From: Candidatus Latescibacterota bacterium
GTDB lineage: Bacteria > Latescibacterota > UBA2968 > UBA8231
Assembly: GCA_965243025.1 (NCBI GenBank)
Contig: CBDETY010000003.1
Span: 32,001-96,000 of the forward strand
Direction: 5' to 3'
DNA: 64,000 nucleotides
This document shows, piece after piece, positions 27,541-37,175 of this stretch (positions within the stretch are counted from its first letter, which is position 1; every line of letters starts with the position of its first letter). Position numbers and translations under genes: made by a program. The notes beneath the pieces were generated by a model, which searched no databases, had not been told where the DNA came from, and saw nothing but the letters and a program-made list of their open reading frames with translations.

Positions 27541-29079
27541 ATGAACCACACTGGAACGGGTTCAGGAAAACATCCCGAAATGGACGAACAACCGGGTCAG
27601 CTGAAGGACGTCGACGCCGCGACGGAAAGGTTCAGAGAATCGCGGAGAAGGCTCCATGCGGAAGATCCCCTTCTGCCCGCGTATCACTTCTCCCCGCCGG
27701 AAGGGTGGCTCAACGACCCCAACGGTCTCTGCTTCTGGCAGGGCAGGTACCACCTGTTCTATCAGTTCCGGCCCGAAGGGGAGTCGCGGGTGCATTGGGG
27801 GCACACGGTCAGCGACGACCTGATCCACTGGAGCGACCTGCCCCCAGCCATATCCCCCTCGATAGAAGACTGCTGCTTCAGCGGGACCACCTGTGTCGAA
27901 GACGGCCGGGTAACGGCGCTCTATTACGGCACGAAGCAGGGAAGCATGGTCGCCGCTTCGGAGGACCCGCTGCTGCTGAACTGGGAGAAGCACCCCGGCA
28001 ATCCGGTGATTCCCGCGGTCGACATCGACGAGACCGGGTACCGGGGCGGCGGCGGCGACCCGTGCATATGGAAGGAGGAGGGGGCGGGGTACTTTGCCCT
28101 GGTGGGAGGACGGGGGCGTGAATCAGCCGATCTGCCGTTCCACCTGACGGCGCGTCTGTTCTTCTCCCAGGACCTGGGCCGCTGGGTCTACCTGGGAAGA
28201 TTCTTCGACGACCAGATAAACACGACCCCGCACGATGACGGGGCCTGCCCCTATTTCTGTCCGATCGGCGACAAGCACCTGTTCTGCTACTTCAGCCACA
28301 AAAGCTCGTCGGGGTACTTCATCGGCGACTACGACCGGACCCTGAGGCGCTTCAAACCGCTCACCCACGGGCGATTCACGGGCGGCGAGGTTCTTCGCGG
28401 CAGTATTCACGCGCCGAGCGTAATGCCAACAAGTGACGGGGGGTGCTGCGCGATATTCAACGCCAAGGAATGCAGGGAGCGCGACGTGGGCCGCATACGA
28501 TCCATCATGACGCTGCCGCGCGAATTCACGCTTCGGGCGGACAACACCCTGGGCATCCAGCCGGCAGAAGCAGCGAAGACCTTGCGGCATTCTCCCAGGG
28601 ATACAGGGGCGTTCGGCCTTCCGGCAAACGAAGACGTCCCGTTGAACGAAGCCTGTGGGAATACCATTGAAATCGAAGCGGAGATAGATCCCCTGGCGGC
28701 CAGGATGGTGTGCGTGAACGTTCTTCAGTCGCCGGGCAGAGAGGAGTATACACCTGTGTGCTTCCACATCGACGCCGGAGGAAGAACGGAGAACCTCGCC
28801 AAGGTGCTCATCGATCCATCCCGGTCTTCGCTCAGGGACGACGTCAATGCGCGGATTCCCGAATCGATGGACGTGCAGCTGGAAAAGGACAGGATTATCG
28901 ACTGCCGGATTTTCGTGGACAGGAGCATCATCGAGGTCTTCGTCAACGGACTGCAGTGCGTCACCCTCAGGGTGCATCCGTCCCGCCCCGACAGCACCGG
29001 CATTTCCTTGAGAGCACAGGGAGGGGCGGCTCTCGTCAGGGAAATGACCGTTCACCAGATGCGCAGTATCTGGGAATAG
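27541..29079 (+). CDS. Glycoside hydrolase family 32-like protein with atypical catalytic motifs
   Basis: YHFSPPEGWLNDPNG, YHLFYQF, HWGH, CFSG and C-terminal FVDRSIIEVF. The RDP and EC motifs are altered. Start 27541 or 27580. Confidence 0.85.
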   Translation: MNHTGTGSGKHPEMDEQPGQLKDVDAATERFRESRRRLHAEDPLLPAYHFSPPEGWLNDPNGLCFWQGRYHLFYQFRPEGESRVHWGHTVSDDLIHWSDLPPAISPSIEDCCFSGTTCVEDGRVTALYYGTKQGSMVAASEDPLLLNWEKHPGNPVIPAVDIDETGYRGGGGDPCIWKEEGAGYFALVGGRGRESADLPFHLTARLFFSQDLGRWVYLGRFFDDQINTTPHDDGACPYFCPIGDKHLFCYFSHKSSSGYFIGDYDRTLRRFKPLTHGRFTGGEVLRGSIHAPSVMPTSDGGCCAIFNAKECRERDVGRIRSIMTLPREFTLRADNTLGIQPAEAAKTLRHSPRDTGAFGLPANEDVPLNEACGNTIEIEAEIDPLAARMVCVNVLQSPGREEYTPVCFHIDAGGRTENLAKVLIDPSRSSLRDDVNARIPESMDVQLEKDRIIDCRIFVDRSIIEVFVNGLQCVTLRVHPSRPDSTGISLRAQGGAALVREMTVHQMRSIWE

Positions 29080-29142
29080 TCTGCGGCAGGAGTCCGCCGG
29101 GTGCGATGGTCGCTGGCCCGCGCCGGGTCCGCCCGATGTTCC

Positions 29143-29595
29143 TTACCGCCCCGAAATCGAGAAGGGAGCTTCGAGAGCCACGGTGACCGCTTTTTCCCCG
29201 TGGCCGATGACGAGCCTCTCGTACTCGCCGTACGGCATCCAGCGCTTCGAGCCGTTTGCCCACTCATGCTGCGGCTCCTCCTTCGGCCACGAAATCCCCA
29301 CCTTCTCGAGCGCCTTCTTCTGATCGAATGGCTCCATCCCTTTGAAGGAGTAGGTCACGTAGCAGGACAGACTGTCCCTGGTGATGACGACCACCCGGGT
29401 GCTGTCTCCGTCGATATCCTTCCATTGCAGGAGATTGGTGCGGTCGTCCTTGGCGCTCCAGTCGTCGGGCTTGCCGAAGGCCGCCTCCAGTTCCGCTTCG
29501 GTCTTGTCCAGGACTCTTTCGACGTCGAGGTACTCCGGCTCGCCGCAACCGGCCGCGGCGAGCATGCAAACAGCGATCCTGAAATACCTTGTCAC
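29143..29595 (-). CDS. Hypothetical lipoprotein
   Basis: GTG start, hydrophobic leader and lipobox LAAAGC. Confidence 0.65.
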   Translation of the reverse strand: MTRYFRIAVCMLAAAGCGEPEYLDVERVLDKTEAELEAAFGKPDDWSAKDDRTNLLQWKDIDGDSTRVVVITRDSLSCYVTYSFKGMEPFDQKKALEKVGISWPKEEPQHEWANGSKRWMPYGEYERLVIGHGEKAVTVALEAPFSISGR

Positions 29596-29666
29596 AGCGG
29601 TCTGTCTGTCTGGGAGAAGAGGGCGGGTGCGACTATGATTCAACCTTTCGCGAGGCTGCGGAACCG

Positions 29667-29695
29667 AATATAAAAGGTCTTCCATGCCTATCCAG
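29667..29695 (-). promoter_or_regulatory. Putative promoter CTGGAT-N17-TATATT
   Basis: Same geometry as the elements at 37067-37095 and 57461-57489. Confidence 0.45.
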
Positions 29696-29735
29696 GCGCC
29701 CACGCCGGCCAAGCCCCGTTGCCAGGGAGAGACGT

Positions 29736-31607
29736 TTGTTTGATCGAAGATACCTGCCCGAGGCGGACTGCGAGTTCGTCGTCATCTCCGACACCCACTA
29801 CATGCTCGACGTCGGCGATGCGCCGCTCGAGTTCGAGTCGCGCCGGAAGCAGACTGCCCGGGCAGGGGTGGCGCTCCGCCTGGCCGCGGCCCTGGACGTC
29901 GATCCCATCGTGCATCTCGGCGACCTGGTCCAGGAATACCCCGAGACGCCGGACTTCGACCGCGCCGTCGACGAGGCGCTCCGCCAGATTCGCGACGCCG
30001 GCCTGGCGCCCCACCACGTCGCCGGGAATCACGACGTGGGGGACAAGCCGGACCCGGCCATGCCGTTCCACCGCGTCACCGGCGAAACACTCGGCAAGTT
30101 CCACCGCCGGTGCGGTCCCTCCTGGAAACGGGTCGACCTCGGTCCGCACCGGATCCTGATCCTGAACTCCCAGATCCTGAACACCGACCTGCCCGAAGCC
30201 GCCCGGCAGCGCAGCTGGATCGCCGGGCAGCTGTCTGAACGAACCGGCGGGCGCACGTTCTTGTGCCTTCACCTACCCTTGTACCTGTTCGACGGGAAAG
30301 AGCAGGGCTTCGGTCACTACGACGTCATCGATGAGCCCGACCGGACCTGGCTCCTCGACCTTATCCGTAAAAGCGAGGTCGATACGGTCTTCGCCGGCCA
30401 CGTCCATTTCGCGTTCGCCGGCCGGATCGGTGCCGCCGACTACCGCGTCCTGCCGTCCCCCTCTTTCACGCGGCCCGGTTTCTCGCACCTGTTCTCGTCG
30501 GACGCGCCGCCCGAACAGGGACGGGACGACGCGCCCAAGTTCGGTTTCACCCTCGTTCGGACGGTCGGCGAACGAACCGACCTCCACGCGATTCGAACCG
30601 GCGGCGCCGAAGCCGTCGACGGGCGGTCCCGACTGCTGACGCGCACGAGCGCCGCCCTCCCCGACTCCCCCGTCGGCGTCACGCTGCGGGGGCCGGTCTC
30701 CCCGGCCGGCAAGGTCCCCGTCGCCTACCCGTCCCTGATCGAGCAGCCGGTCCGCAACGACTACCCCCTCCTGTCATGCCTGGAGATGGGGGTCCGCCAC
30801 GTCCGGGTTCCCCTCGAGGAGGCACTGGACCCGGGCCAGAAGACCGACATCCTCAGGTCGAAGGGCATTTCGGTCACGGCATACCACCTGTTCGCCGCGG
30901 CAGAAGACGTCGCCGGTGCCGTGTCCGCCCTCGCCGGCCGGTGCGACGCTCTCGAGGTCCAGTACCTTGCCCGGGATGCCGCCGCCTTCGAGGCGGCCGG
31001 GGAGATGGACCTGCCGCTGGTCTGCTGTCCCGTCACTGCCGGCGTCGTCGTCGCCGGCAAGGCGCATCCCCGCCAGCGCATCGGCTGGAGCCTCGACGGG
31101 GAAGCTCGGGACTGGCCCCGGGGCCGCACCCTCTGCCGCGTGGCGGCGGGGGATTCGCTCCTGGAATGGCGGGACCGCGCGGCGTCCGCTCCGCGGGGCG
31201 CCGACTTTGCGATCGACCTGCCCGGCGTCGACGACGGAGAAAACGCCCGGCGCGCCGCCCAGGCCCTCCTCGCCCTGTCGACCGTTCCCGGCGCGCGCCT
31301 GTTCATCGACCCGCTGACCGACTTCGACCGTACGAACGACGCCGCGCACGGCCTGATCGACACCCGGTGCAACCCGCGTCCCGCCATGACCGTCGTCCGC
31401 CTCCTCGGGACCATCCTGTTCTCCCGCGGAGAGCGCTGGTCCCTCGCGTCTGACGACCCGTGGACGATCGCGTCGGAACGACGGCGGCTGGTCCTGACGG
31501 ATGATGTGCCGGGGGCCGAGTGGTACTACGGGCTGACGTCGGGAACCGCGGGCAGGCGCGGACCGGAGCTGGCGGATGAACTGGTTCTGGGAGAGGTCCC
31601 GGCGTGA
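29736..31607 (+). CDS. Calcineurin-like metallophosphoesterase with long C-terminal domain
   Basis: All five MPP motifs: ISDTH, HLGD, GNHD, H (LHLP) and GHVH. TTG start after AGGGAG. Confidence 0.82.
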   Translation: MFDRRYLPEADCEFVVISDTHYMLDVGDAPLEFESRRKQTARAGVALRLAAALDVDPIVHLGDLVQEYPETPDFDRAVDEALRQIRDAGLAPHHVAGNHDVGDKPDPAMPFHRVTGETLGKFHRRCGPSWKRVDLGPHRILILNSQILNTDLPEAARQRSWIAGQLSERTGGRTFLCLHLPLYLFDGKEQGFGHYDVIDEPDRTWLLDLIRKSEVDTVFAGHVHFAFAGRIGAADYRVLPSPSFTRPGFSHLFSSDAPPEQGRDDAPKFGFTLVRTVGERTDLHAIRTGGAEAVDGRSRLLTRTSAALPDSPVGVTLRGPVSPAGKVPVAYPSLIEQPVRNDYPLLSCLEMGVRHVRVPLEEALDPGQKTDILRSKGISVTAYHLFAAAEDVAGAVSALAGRCDALEVQYLARDAAAFEAAGEMDLPLVCCPVTAGVVVAGKAHPRQRIGWSLDGEARDWPRGRTLCRVAAGDSLLEWRDRAASAPRGADFAIDLPGVDDGENARRAAQALLALSTVPGARLFIDPLTDFDRTNDAAHGLIDTRCNPRPAMTVVRLLGTILFSRGERWSLASDDPWTIASERRRLVLTDDVPGAEWYYGLTSGTAGRRGPELADELVLGEVPA

Positions 31608-31662
31608 AGAGGCGGCCGCCCGGCAGTCCCTTGCCGCGTTTGCTTCTCCCTGCGAGTCGACA

Positions 31663-34464
31663 ATGACGGCCTTGCTTTGCCTGGCGTTCTTCCTGTCGGG
31701 GGCCGCGGGTCTGATTTTCGAAATCCTCTTCTTCCGCATGGCCGGCCTGACCTTCGGCAGCAGCGTCTGGGCATCCTCCCTGGCCCTGTCCAGCTTCATG
31801 GGGGGGCTGGCGCTCGGAAACGCGCTCTCCATCCGTTTCGGGTATCGAATTCGACGCCCTGTCGTTTTCTACGCCCTGCTGGAAGTCGCCGCCGGCCTGG
31901 TGGGTTACGGGCTGGTCGTTCAGTTCCCGGGACTTCCCGAGACATTCGCTCCGGTTTTCAGACCGCTTCTCGGTGAATCAGCGGCCCTCAACCCGCTCCG
32001 CTTCGGGATAGCGTTCGTCCTGTTCCTGCTTCCCACCACCGCCATGGGGATGACCCTTCCCGTCATGGTGAAGGGTTTGAACGAGTGGAGTCGCAGTTTC
32101 TCCATGACGCTGGGAAAGCTGTATGGCTGGAACACGCTGGGTGCCATGAGCGGCGCGGTCCTGATCGAAGAAGCGCTGATCTCGCACCTCGGCATAAACG
32201 AAAGCGCCCTGGCTGCCGCATCGCTCAACGCCGCCGCCGCGGTCATCGCCCTCGCAGTAGCGTACCTCGCGGCCGCACCCCGGTCTCCCGCTTCACCCGA
32301 GGTCCCGCTCCTGCTGCCGCGTCGTTCCCGCAGGCTGGTCTGGGCCGCCGCCCTGTCGGGAGCGATCCTGCTGGCCCTGGAGGTCGTCTGGTTCCGGTTC
32401 CTGCAGTTGTTCATCCTGTCGTCGACCCGCGGCTTCGCCGTGATGCTGGTGGTGGTGCTTCTCGGTATCGGCGCGGGGGGGTTGCTCAGCGCTTTGTGGC
32501 TCCGCTTTCAACCGGCGGCCTACCGGTATTTCGGCCACCTCGCCCTGGGAGCCGGGCTTGTCACCGCGTGGTCCTACATCGCTTTCGAGGGGGTGCCGCA
32601 GCAGTTCAGCGGCGCGAGGACGGGCGACCTCGCCCACATGCTCGCCCTGTCGCTGCGCCTCATGCTGCCCGTCTGCCTGGTCTCCGGAGTGCTGTTCACT
32701 TTCCTGGCGCGCGGAGTCTTCGAGGACTGCCCGGAGGAGACGCGTTCCACGGGCTGGGTGACCTTGTTCAATACCCTGGGGGCCGCGGCCGGGGCGCTCC
32801 TGGGCGGCTTCCTCCTTCTGCCCCGCCTGGGGATTGAACTCTCCTTCTTCCTGCTTGCCCTCTGCTATCCGGGAGCGGCCTTGCTCTCACCCCGGGACTG
32901 GTACTGGCCGTCCCCCAGGAAAATCAGCCCCGCCTGGGCCGTACTCGCCCTGCTCTCCCTGCTGACGTTTGCGGCCTTCCCGTTCGGTCTGATGCGGGAC
33001 CATTTCATTCCCGCCACGGCGCGCCCTTACCTCGTGGAAGATTCCCGTATCGCCGCGGTGGAGGAAGGGTTGACCGAAACCATCATCTACGTGGAGCACA
33101 ACTACCGGGGCGTTCCCATCTCCTATCAGGTGATGACGAACAGCTACTCCATGACCGCCATCAACCTGGTGGCGGAGCGCTACATGAAACTCTTCGCCTA
33201 CTGGCCCCTGGCCTTTCATCCCCGGGTGGAGAAGGCGCTGCTGATCAGCTTCGGGGTGGGGAGCACGGCGGAGGCGCTCACAAGCGCCCGGGAGATCGAG
33301 CGGATCGACGTGGTGGACATCTCGAGGGACATGGTCGAATTCAGCGAGGTCGTCTTCGGGCCGGAGCGCCGATCGCCGGCAGCCGACCCGCGGGTGCGGG
33401 TTTTCATCGAGGATGGACGTTTCTATCTCCTGACGACCGGAGAGCAGTACGATCTCATCACCGCGGAACCGCCCCCCCTGATGATGGCCGGCGTGGTGAA
33501 TCTCTACACGCAGGAGTACTTCGATCTGCTCAAGCGGCGTCTCCGGGAGGGTGGTTATGTCACATACTGGTTGCCGGTATGGCAGCTCACAGCCGGCGAC
33601 GCACTATCGATCGTGAGGGGTTTCTGCAACGTGTTCGAGGATTGCTCGCTGTGGAACGGAGGAGCGATGAATCTGATGCTCGTCGGTTCGCGGGATGCAT
33701 CCACCGGGCTGAACCGCCGCGAGTTCTCCCGGCAGTGGCGCGACGAAAAAACCGCCGCCGACCTCGGGTTGCTGGGTTTCGAGAACCCCGAGCTCCTCCT
33801 GACCACCTTCGTGGCCGACGCCAACCAGCTGGGTCAGCTGGCCGGGGAGCTGCCGCCGCTGACAGACAATTACCCCCACCGCCTGGGCCGGGAGGTCGGA
33901 CGCGGCAACGGTTTCTTCGCCCGCCTTCTGGCACCCCGGGCCCTGGTCGAGCGCTACCGGGACAGCGACTACCTGGCGGAACTGCTGCCTCCGGAGTTGC
34001 GGGAAAGCGCGGGGGATCATTTCGCTTTCCAAACGCTTGCAGACCGCGCCCTGCTGAAATTCCCCAAGCCGCCCCCTCTCGACCTGCCCGCCCTGGACCG
34101 GGTTCTGACCGGTACGAACCTGCGCACCGTTGCTCTCTGGACCCTGGGAGACCCGCTGGAGACGAGCGGCGCCATCGAGCAGCTGGTGGAGAACGGCTCG
34201 ATTGACGGAAAGGTTCACTACCACCTCGGCCTTCGCCTGATGGCCGACAGGCGCTTTATCGAGGCCGAGGACCACTTCCGTCAATGGCAGCTGCTGGAAG
34301 GGAACAGACCGAACATGTACTACTTCCGCATTCTCTGCTTCGCCTACGCCGGAGATATGGAGAGGGCGCGCGAGCTCGTGGCCGAGCTGTCCCGGGCCGG
34401 CTCTCCGGAAGGGGATGAACAGTACTGGTCCTTCGTCGGCGAGCGCTTCGGGCTGGAGCGATAG
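31663..34464 (+). CDS. Second fused membrane / spermidine-synthase-like protein
   Basis: SGAAGLIFEI, AMGMTLP, LYGWNTLGA, LLISFGVG, EDGRFYL, YDLITAEPP and a TPR-like C-terminus. Confidence 0.82.
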   Translation: MTALLCLAFFLSGAAGLIFEILFFRMAGLTFGSSVWASSLALSSFMGGLALGNALSIRFGYRIRRPVVFYALLEVAAGLVGYGLVVQFPGLPETFAPVFRPLLGESAALNPLRFGIAFVLFLLPTTAMGMTLPVMVKGLNEWSRSFSMTLGKLYGWNTLGAMSGAVLIEEALISHLGINESALAAASLNAAAAVIALAVAYLAAAPRSPASPEVPLLLPRRSRRLVWAAALSGAILLALEVVWFRFLQLFILSSTRGFAVMLVVVLLGIGAGGLLSALWLRFQPAAYRYFGHLALGAGLVTAWSYIAFEGVPQQFSGARTGDLAHMLALSLRLMLPVCLVSGVLFTFLARGVFEDCPEETRSTGWVTLFNTLGAAAGALLGGFLLLPRLGIELSFFLLALCYPGAALLSPRDWYWPSPRKISPAWAVLALLSLLTFAAFPFGLMRDHFIPATARPYLVEDSRIAAVEEGLTETIIYVEHNYRGVPISYQVMTNSYSMTAINLVAERYMKLFAYWPLAFHPRVEKALLISFGVGSTAEALTSAREIERIDVVDISRDMVEFSEVVFGPERRSPAADPRVRVFIEDGRFYLLTTGEQYDLITAEPPPLMMAGVVNLYTQEYFDLLKRRLREGGYVTYWLPVWQLTAGDALSIVRGFCNVFEDCSLWNGGAMNLMLVGSRDASTGLNRREFSRQWRDEKTAADLGLLGFENPELLLTTFVADANQLGQLAGELPPLTDNYPHRLGREVGRGNGFFARLLAPRALVERYRDSDYLAELLPPELRESAGDHFAFQTLADRALLKFPKPPPLDLPALDRVLTGTNLRTVALWTLGDPLETSGAIEQLVENGSIDGKVHYHLGLRLMADRRFIEAEDHFRQWQLLEGNRPNMYYFRILCFAYAGDMERARELVAELSRAGSPEGDEQYWSFVGERFGLER

Positions 34465-34625
34465 TTTCAGTCCCGGTTGGAGACGGCGGCCGACCGGGCG
34501 GGCGAAGAGCCCCATATCAGCGGCTCCCGGCGTTGCCTTCCCCCCGCGGTCCCCGGAACCACTCGCCCAGGGCGCCTTGCGAGCCGGGCGCCCCAGCGCC
34601 GGGGTTTCAAGTTATCCGTGGGACG

Positions 34626-35975
34626 TTACAGCTCGAGCACCGCCGGGGTGTCGCGGCCGCTCGCTCTCAGGCGGGGGCTGTCGTTGATGAGATCGGGGCT
34701 GTTGCGCAGACACAGCGCGTGCATCGGAACCGCTGCTTTTTCCGGCCAGTGGTACTCGACGTTCCGCAGGGACAGGCGCACGACGTTGTCCGCGACAACG
34801 GCGGCGCGCACGGCCCGGGTGTGCGGGTTGAAGTTGGATAGCTGCATGCTCCTGGCGGCCGGCACCGATTCCTCCGGATCCTCGATCTCGGGAACCCTGA
34901 CGATGACGGTGTCGAGGGTGACATCCCGTATGGTCGCCCCGTCCTGGGCCGTCATCACGATACGGCCGCGGCTTTCGCAGATGATGTCGCGGAAGATCAG
35001 GCCGCTCACTTTCCCCAGTTCCGCTCCGGGCCGCTTGAACTGCTGAATGTCGACGTAGATGGGGCGCTCGTTGGCCACCCCTTCATCGGGGAAGGTTTTG
35101 CCGGTGATGCCGCTGAAGAGAGCGCGCTCCACCTGTCCGGGAAACCACATCTCCACCTGAATCATGCGCAGGGACCGGTTGACGACACAGCCGCTGAAGA
35201 CCACGTCCCGTACAACGCCGGCCACGTCGGCGCCCAGGCCGAGAGCGGCGCAGTTGCTCGACAGCACGCAGTTGGCGACCGTCACCCGCTCGCAGACCGA
35301 GTCCTCGTTGGTCGCCTTGACGATGATCGCGTCGTCCCCGGTATCGACGTCGCAGTGGCTGATCCTGACGCCGCGGCAGCCGTTGACGCCGATGCCGTCG
35401 GTGTTCGGCCCGTAGCGGTTGCCGCGGATTCTGACCCCGTGCACCGATACGGTTTCGCAGTCGAACAGGTGCAACGCCCAACCCGGGGCCCGGCGAATGC
35501 CGATGTCGACGATCCTGAGATTGGTGCAGCCGGCCAGCTGCACGAGCGGGCTCGGGCGGCCGTCGGCGCCGCCGTTCACCTTGAACCTGAAAATGCCGTA
35601 AGGCCGGTCCTCTTCCCCCTCGCAGGGGATCCAGAATGCCGTGTCCTGTCCATCGATCACGCCGTCGCCGCTCAAGGTGACATTGTCGCAGCCCCGCGCC
35701 AGCAACAGGTGGAAAGGGGACTGGTCGACGTTGCGGGCGGCCCTCTCCGCCCGCGGGTAGTCATTCAGGTCGTGGTGGGCCTGAAGGACCGCCCCGCGCT
35801 CCAGATGGAGCTCGATGTTCGATCTCAGCGTGACCGTGGTCGTGATCCAGGTTCCGGGCCCGACGGTCACCCTGCCGCCGCCGCTTTCATGGACGGCGTC
35901 TACAGCCGCCTGCAGGCGTTCGGCCTGCTGGCGGCCTGGATTCAGCTTCCCATCGAATTCGATCCGTTCGTTCAT
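34626..35975 (-). CDS. GH28-like / pectin-lyase-fold beta-helix glycosidase
   Basis: LQAAVDA...GGGRVTVGPG, GVIDG, PNTDGI and TGDDAI. Confidence 0.8.
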   Translation of the reverse strand: MNERIEFDGKLNPGRQQAERLQAAVDAVHESGGGRVTVGPGTWITTTVTLRSNIELHLERGAVLQAHHDLNDYPRAERAARNVDQSPFHLLLARGCDNVTLSGDGVIDGQDTAFWIPCEGEEDRPYGIFRFKVNGGADGRPSPLVQLAGCTNLRIVDIGIRRAPGWALHLFDCETVSVHGVRIRGNRYGPNTDGIGVNGCRGVRISHCDVDTGDDAIIVKATNEDSVCERVTVANCVLSSNCAALGLGADVAGVVRDVVFSGCVVNRSLRMIQVEMWFPGQVERALFSGITGKTFPDEGVANERPIYVDIQQFKRPGAELGKVSGLIFRDIICESRGRIVMTAQDGATIRDVTLDTVIVRVPEIEDPEESVPAARSMQLSNFNPHTRAVRAAVVADNVVRLSLRNVEYHWPEKAAVPMHALCLRNSPDLINDSPRLRASGRDTPAVLEL

Positions 35976-37015
35976 CCCGCCCTCTTTACCTCCGCAACAC
36001 CTTGTCCCTTTTCCGCTTCAGCCATGGCTTCGATGATCCTCAGGCCGGAGACGATCGATTCGGGCGTCGCGGTTTCATCGATCGACTCACCCCGGACGGC
36101 GGCTGCGAACTCCTCCCACTGATAGTCCCCGCTCATGCGGCCGACCTGCCCCCTCTCCACCACGGCGCGCCCGGCGTCCTGCGAGCCCATGACGAGCGCC
36201 AGGTCCGCGCCCGGCCTGCTGTTCCGCGCCGGATCGGCGTTTCGATACACCGTTCCCCTCTCGAAGTTGAGCACCATGCGCAGGCGGTGGTGATCGCCGT
36301 CCTCCACGCAGAAGGATGCATAGACGCTGGCCAGGGCGCCGCTCCTGAACAGAATGGACAGCTGGGCGTTGTCCGCGGTGGGTCGCGGGGTGAACACACG
36401 GCTCGAAAAAACGGACAGGCGCTCCGCTTCCCCGAACACCCGGACCAGGTCGTTGATGAGATAGATGCCGATCCTGAAGACGGGTGCCGCCGGGCATTTC
36501 CCGGGGTCGTCGTACCACCGGCCGTCGGGCGCTTCGCGGTAGCGGACCCACACCGACGCGCTGCAGCCCACCGGCTCTCCGAGGCGGTGGGTCTTCTGCC
36601 ACCGGCGGATCAGCTTGAAGTCCGGCGTCTCCACCGGCGATGGAGAGTTTAGATGGATGACGCGGCCGAGCTCCTTCGCTTTCCTCAGAACTGAAAGCCC
36701 GGCGCCGCAGTCCAGCTCCAACGGCTTTGTCGTCATGACGTCCTTGCCCGCCTCTACCGCCCTGTCCAGGAGCTCCGCTCTCCCGCCGGGCCCGGTGAAC
36801 AACCCGATCGCCGGGATGCCGCCATCGGCCAGCAGCCGATCCAGATCGGTGTAAAACGGCACCCGGAATTCATCGGCGCGCTGCCTCGCCTTGTCTTCGT
36901 CGATATCACAGACGGCAGCGAGCTTCACATGCCTTCCCGCTTCGCCACGGGCGATTTCGTGCGCGATATGGCGCCCGAAGTTCAACCCGACGATGGCTAT
37001 CGGGACGGGTTCCAT
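35972..37015 (-). CDS. Gfo/Idh/MocA family oxidoreductase
   Basis: IAIVGLNFG, AVCD and GKDVMTTKP; ATGA coupling to the GH28-like gene. Confidence 0.85.
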   Translation of the reverse strand: MEPVPIAIVGLNFGRHIAHEIARGEAGRHVKLAAVCDIDEDKARQRADEFRVPFYTDLDRLLADGGIPAIGLFTGPGGRAELLDRAVEAGKDVMTTKPLELDCGAGLSVLRKAKELGRVIHLNSPSPVETPDFKLIRRWQKTHRLGEPVGCSASVWVRYREAPDGRWYDDPGKCPAAPVFRIGIYLINDLVRVFGEAERLSVFSSRVFTPRPTADNAQLSILFRSGALASVYASFCVEDGDHHRLRMVLNFERGTVYRNADPARNSRPGADLALVMGSQDAGRAVVERGQVGRMSGDYQWEEFAAAVRGESIDETATPESIVSGLRIIEAMAEAEKGQGVAEVKRAG

Positions 37016-37066
37016 TGACGATATCCCTCGTTGTTCAATCTTTTTCCGCCGACCGTTTCGGGCCTC

Positions 37067-37095
37067 AATATAGAGGGCCTTCGGGTGGCATCCAG
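37067..37095 (-). promoter_or_regulatory. Putative promoter CTGGAT-N17-TATATT
   Basis: Upstream of the oxidoreductase start at 37015. Confidence 0.45.
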
Positions 37096-37175
37096 AAGCG
37101 CCCGGACCTGCCCGGCGGTGGCCAGGGGCGGTGCAGGCCTCGGGCCGAAAAGTGGGGATGAAGCGGGACGATCCG

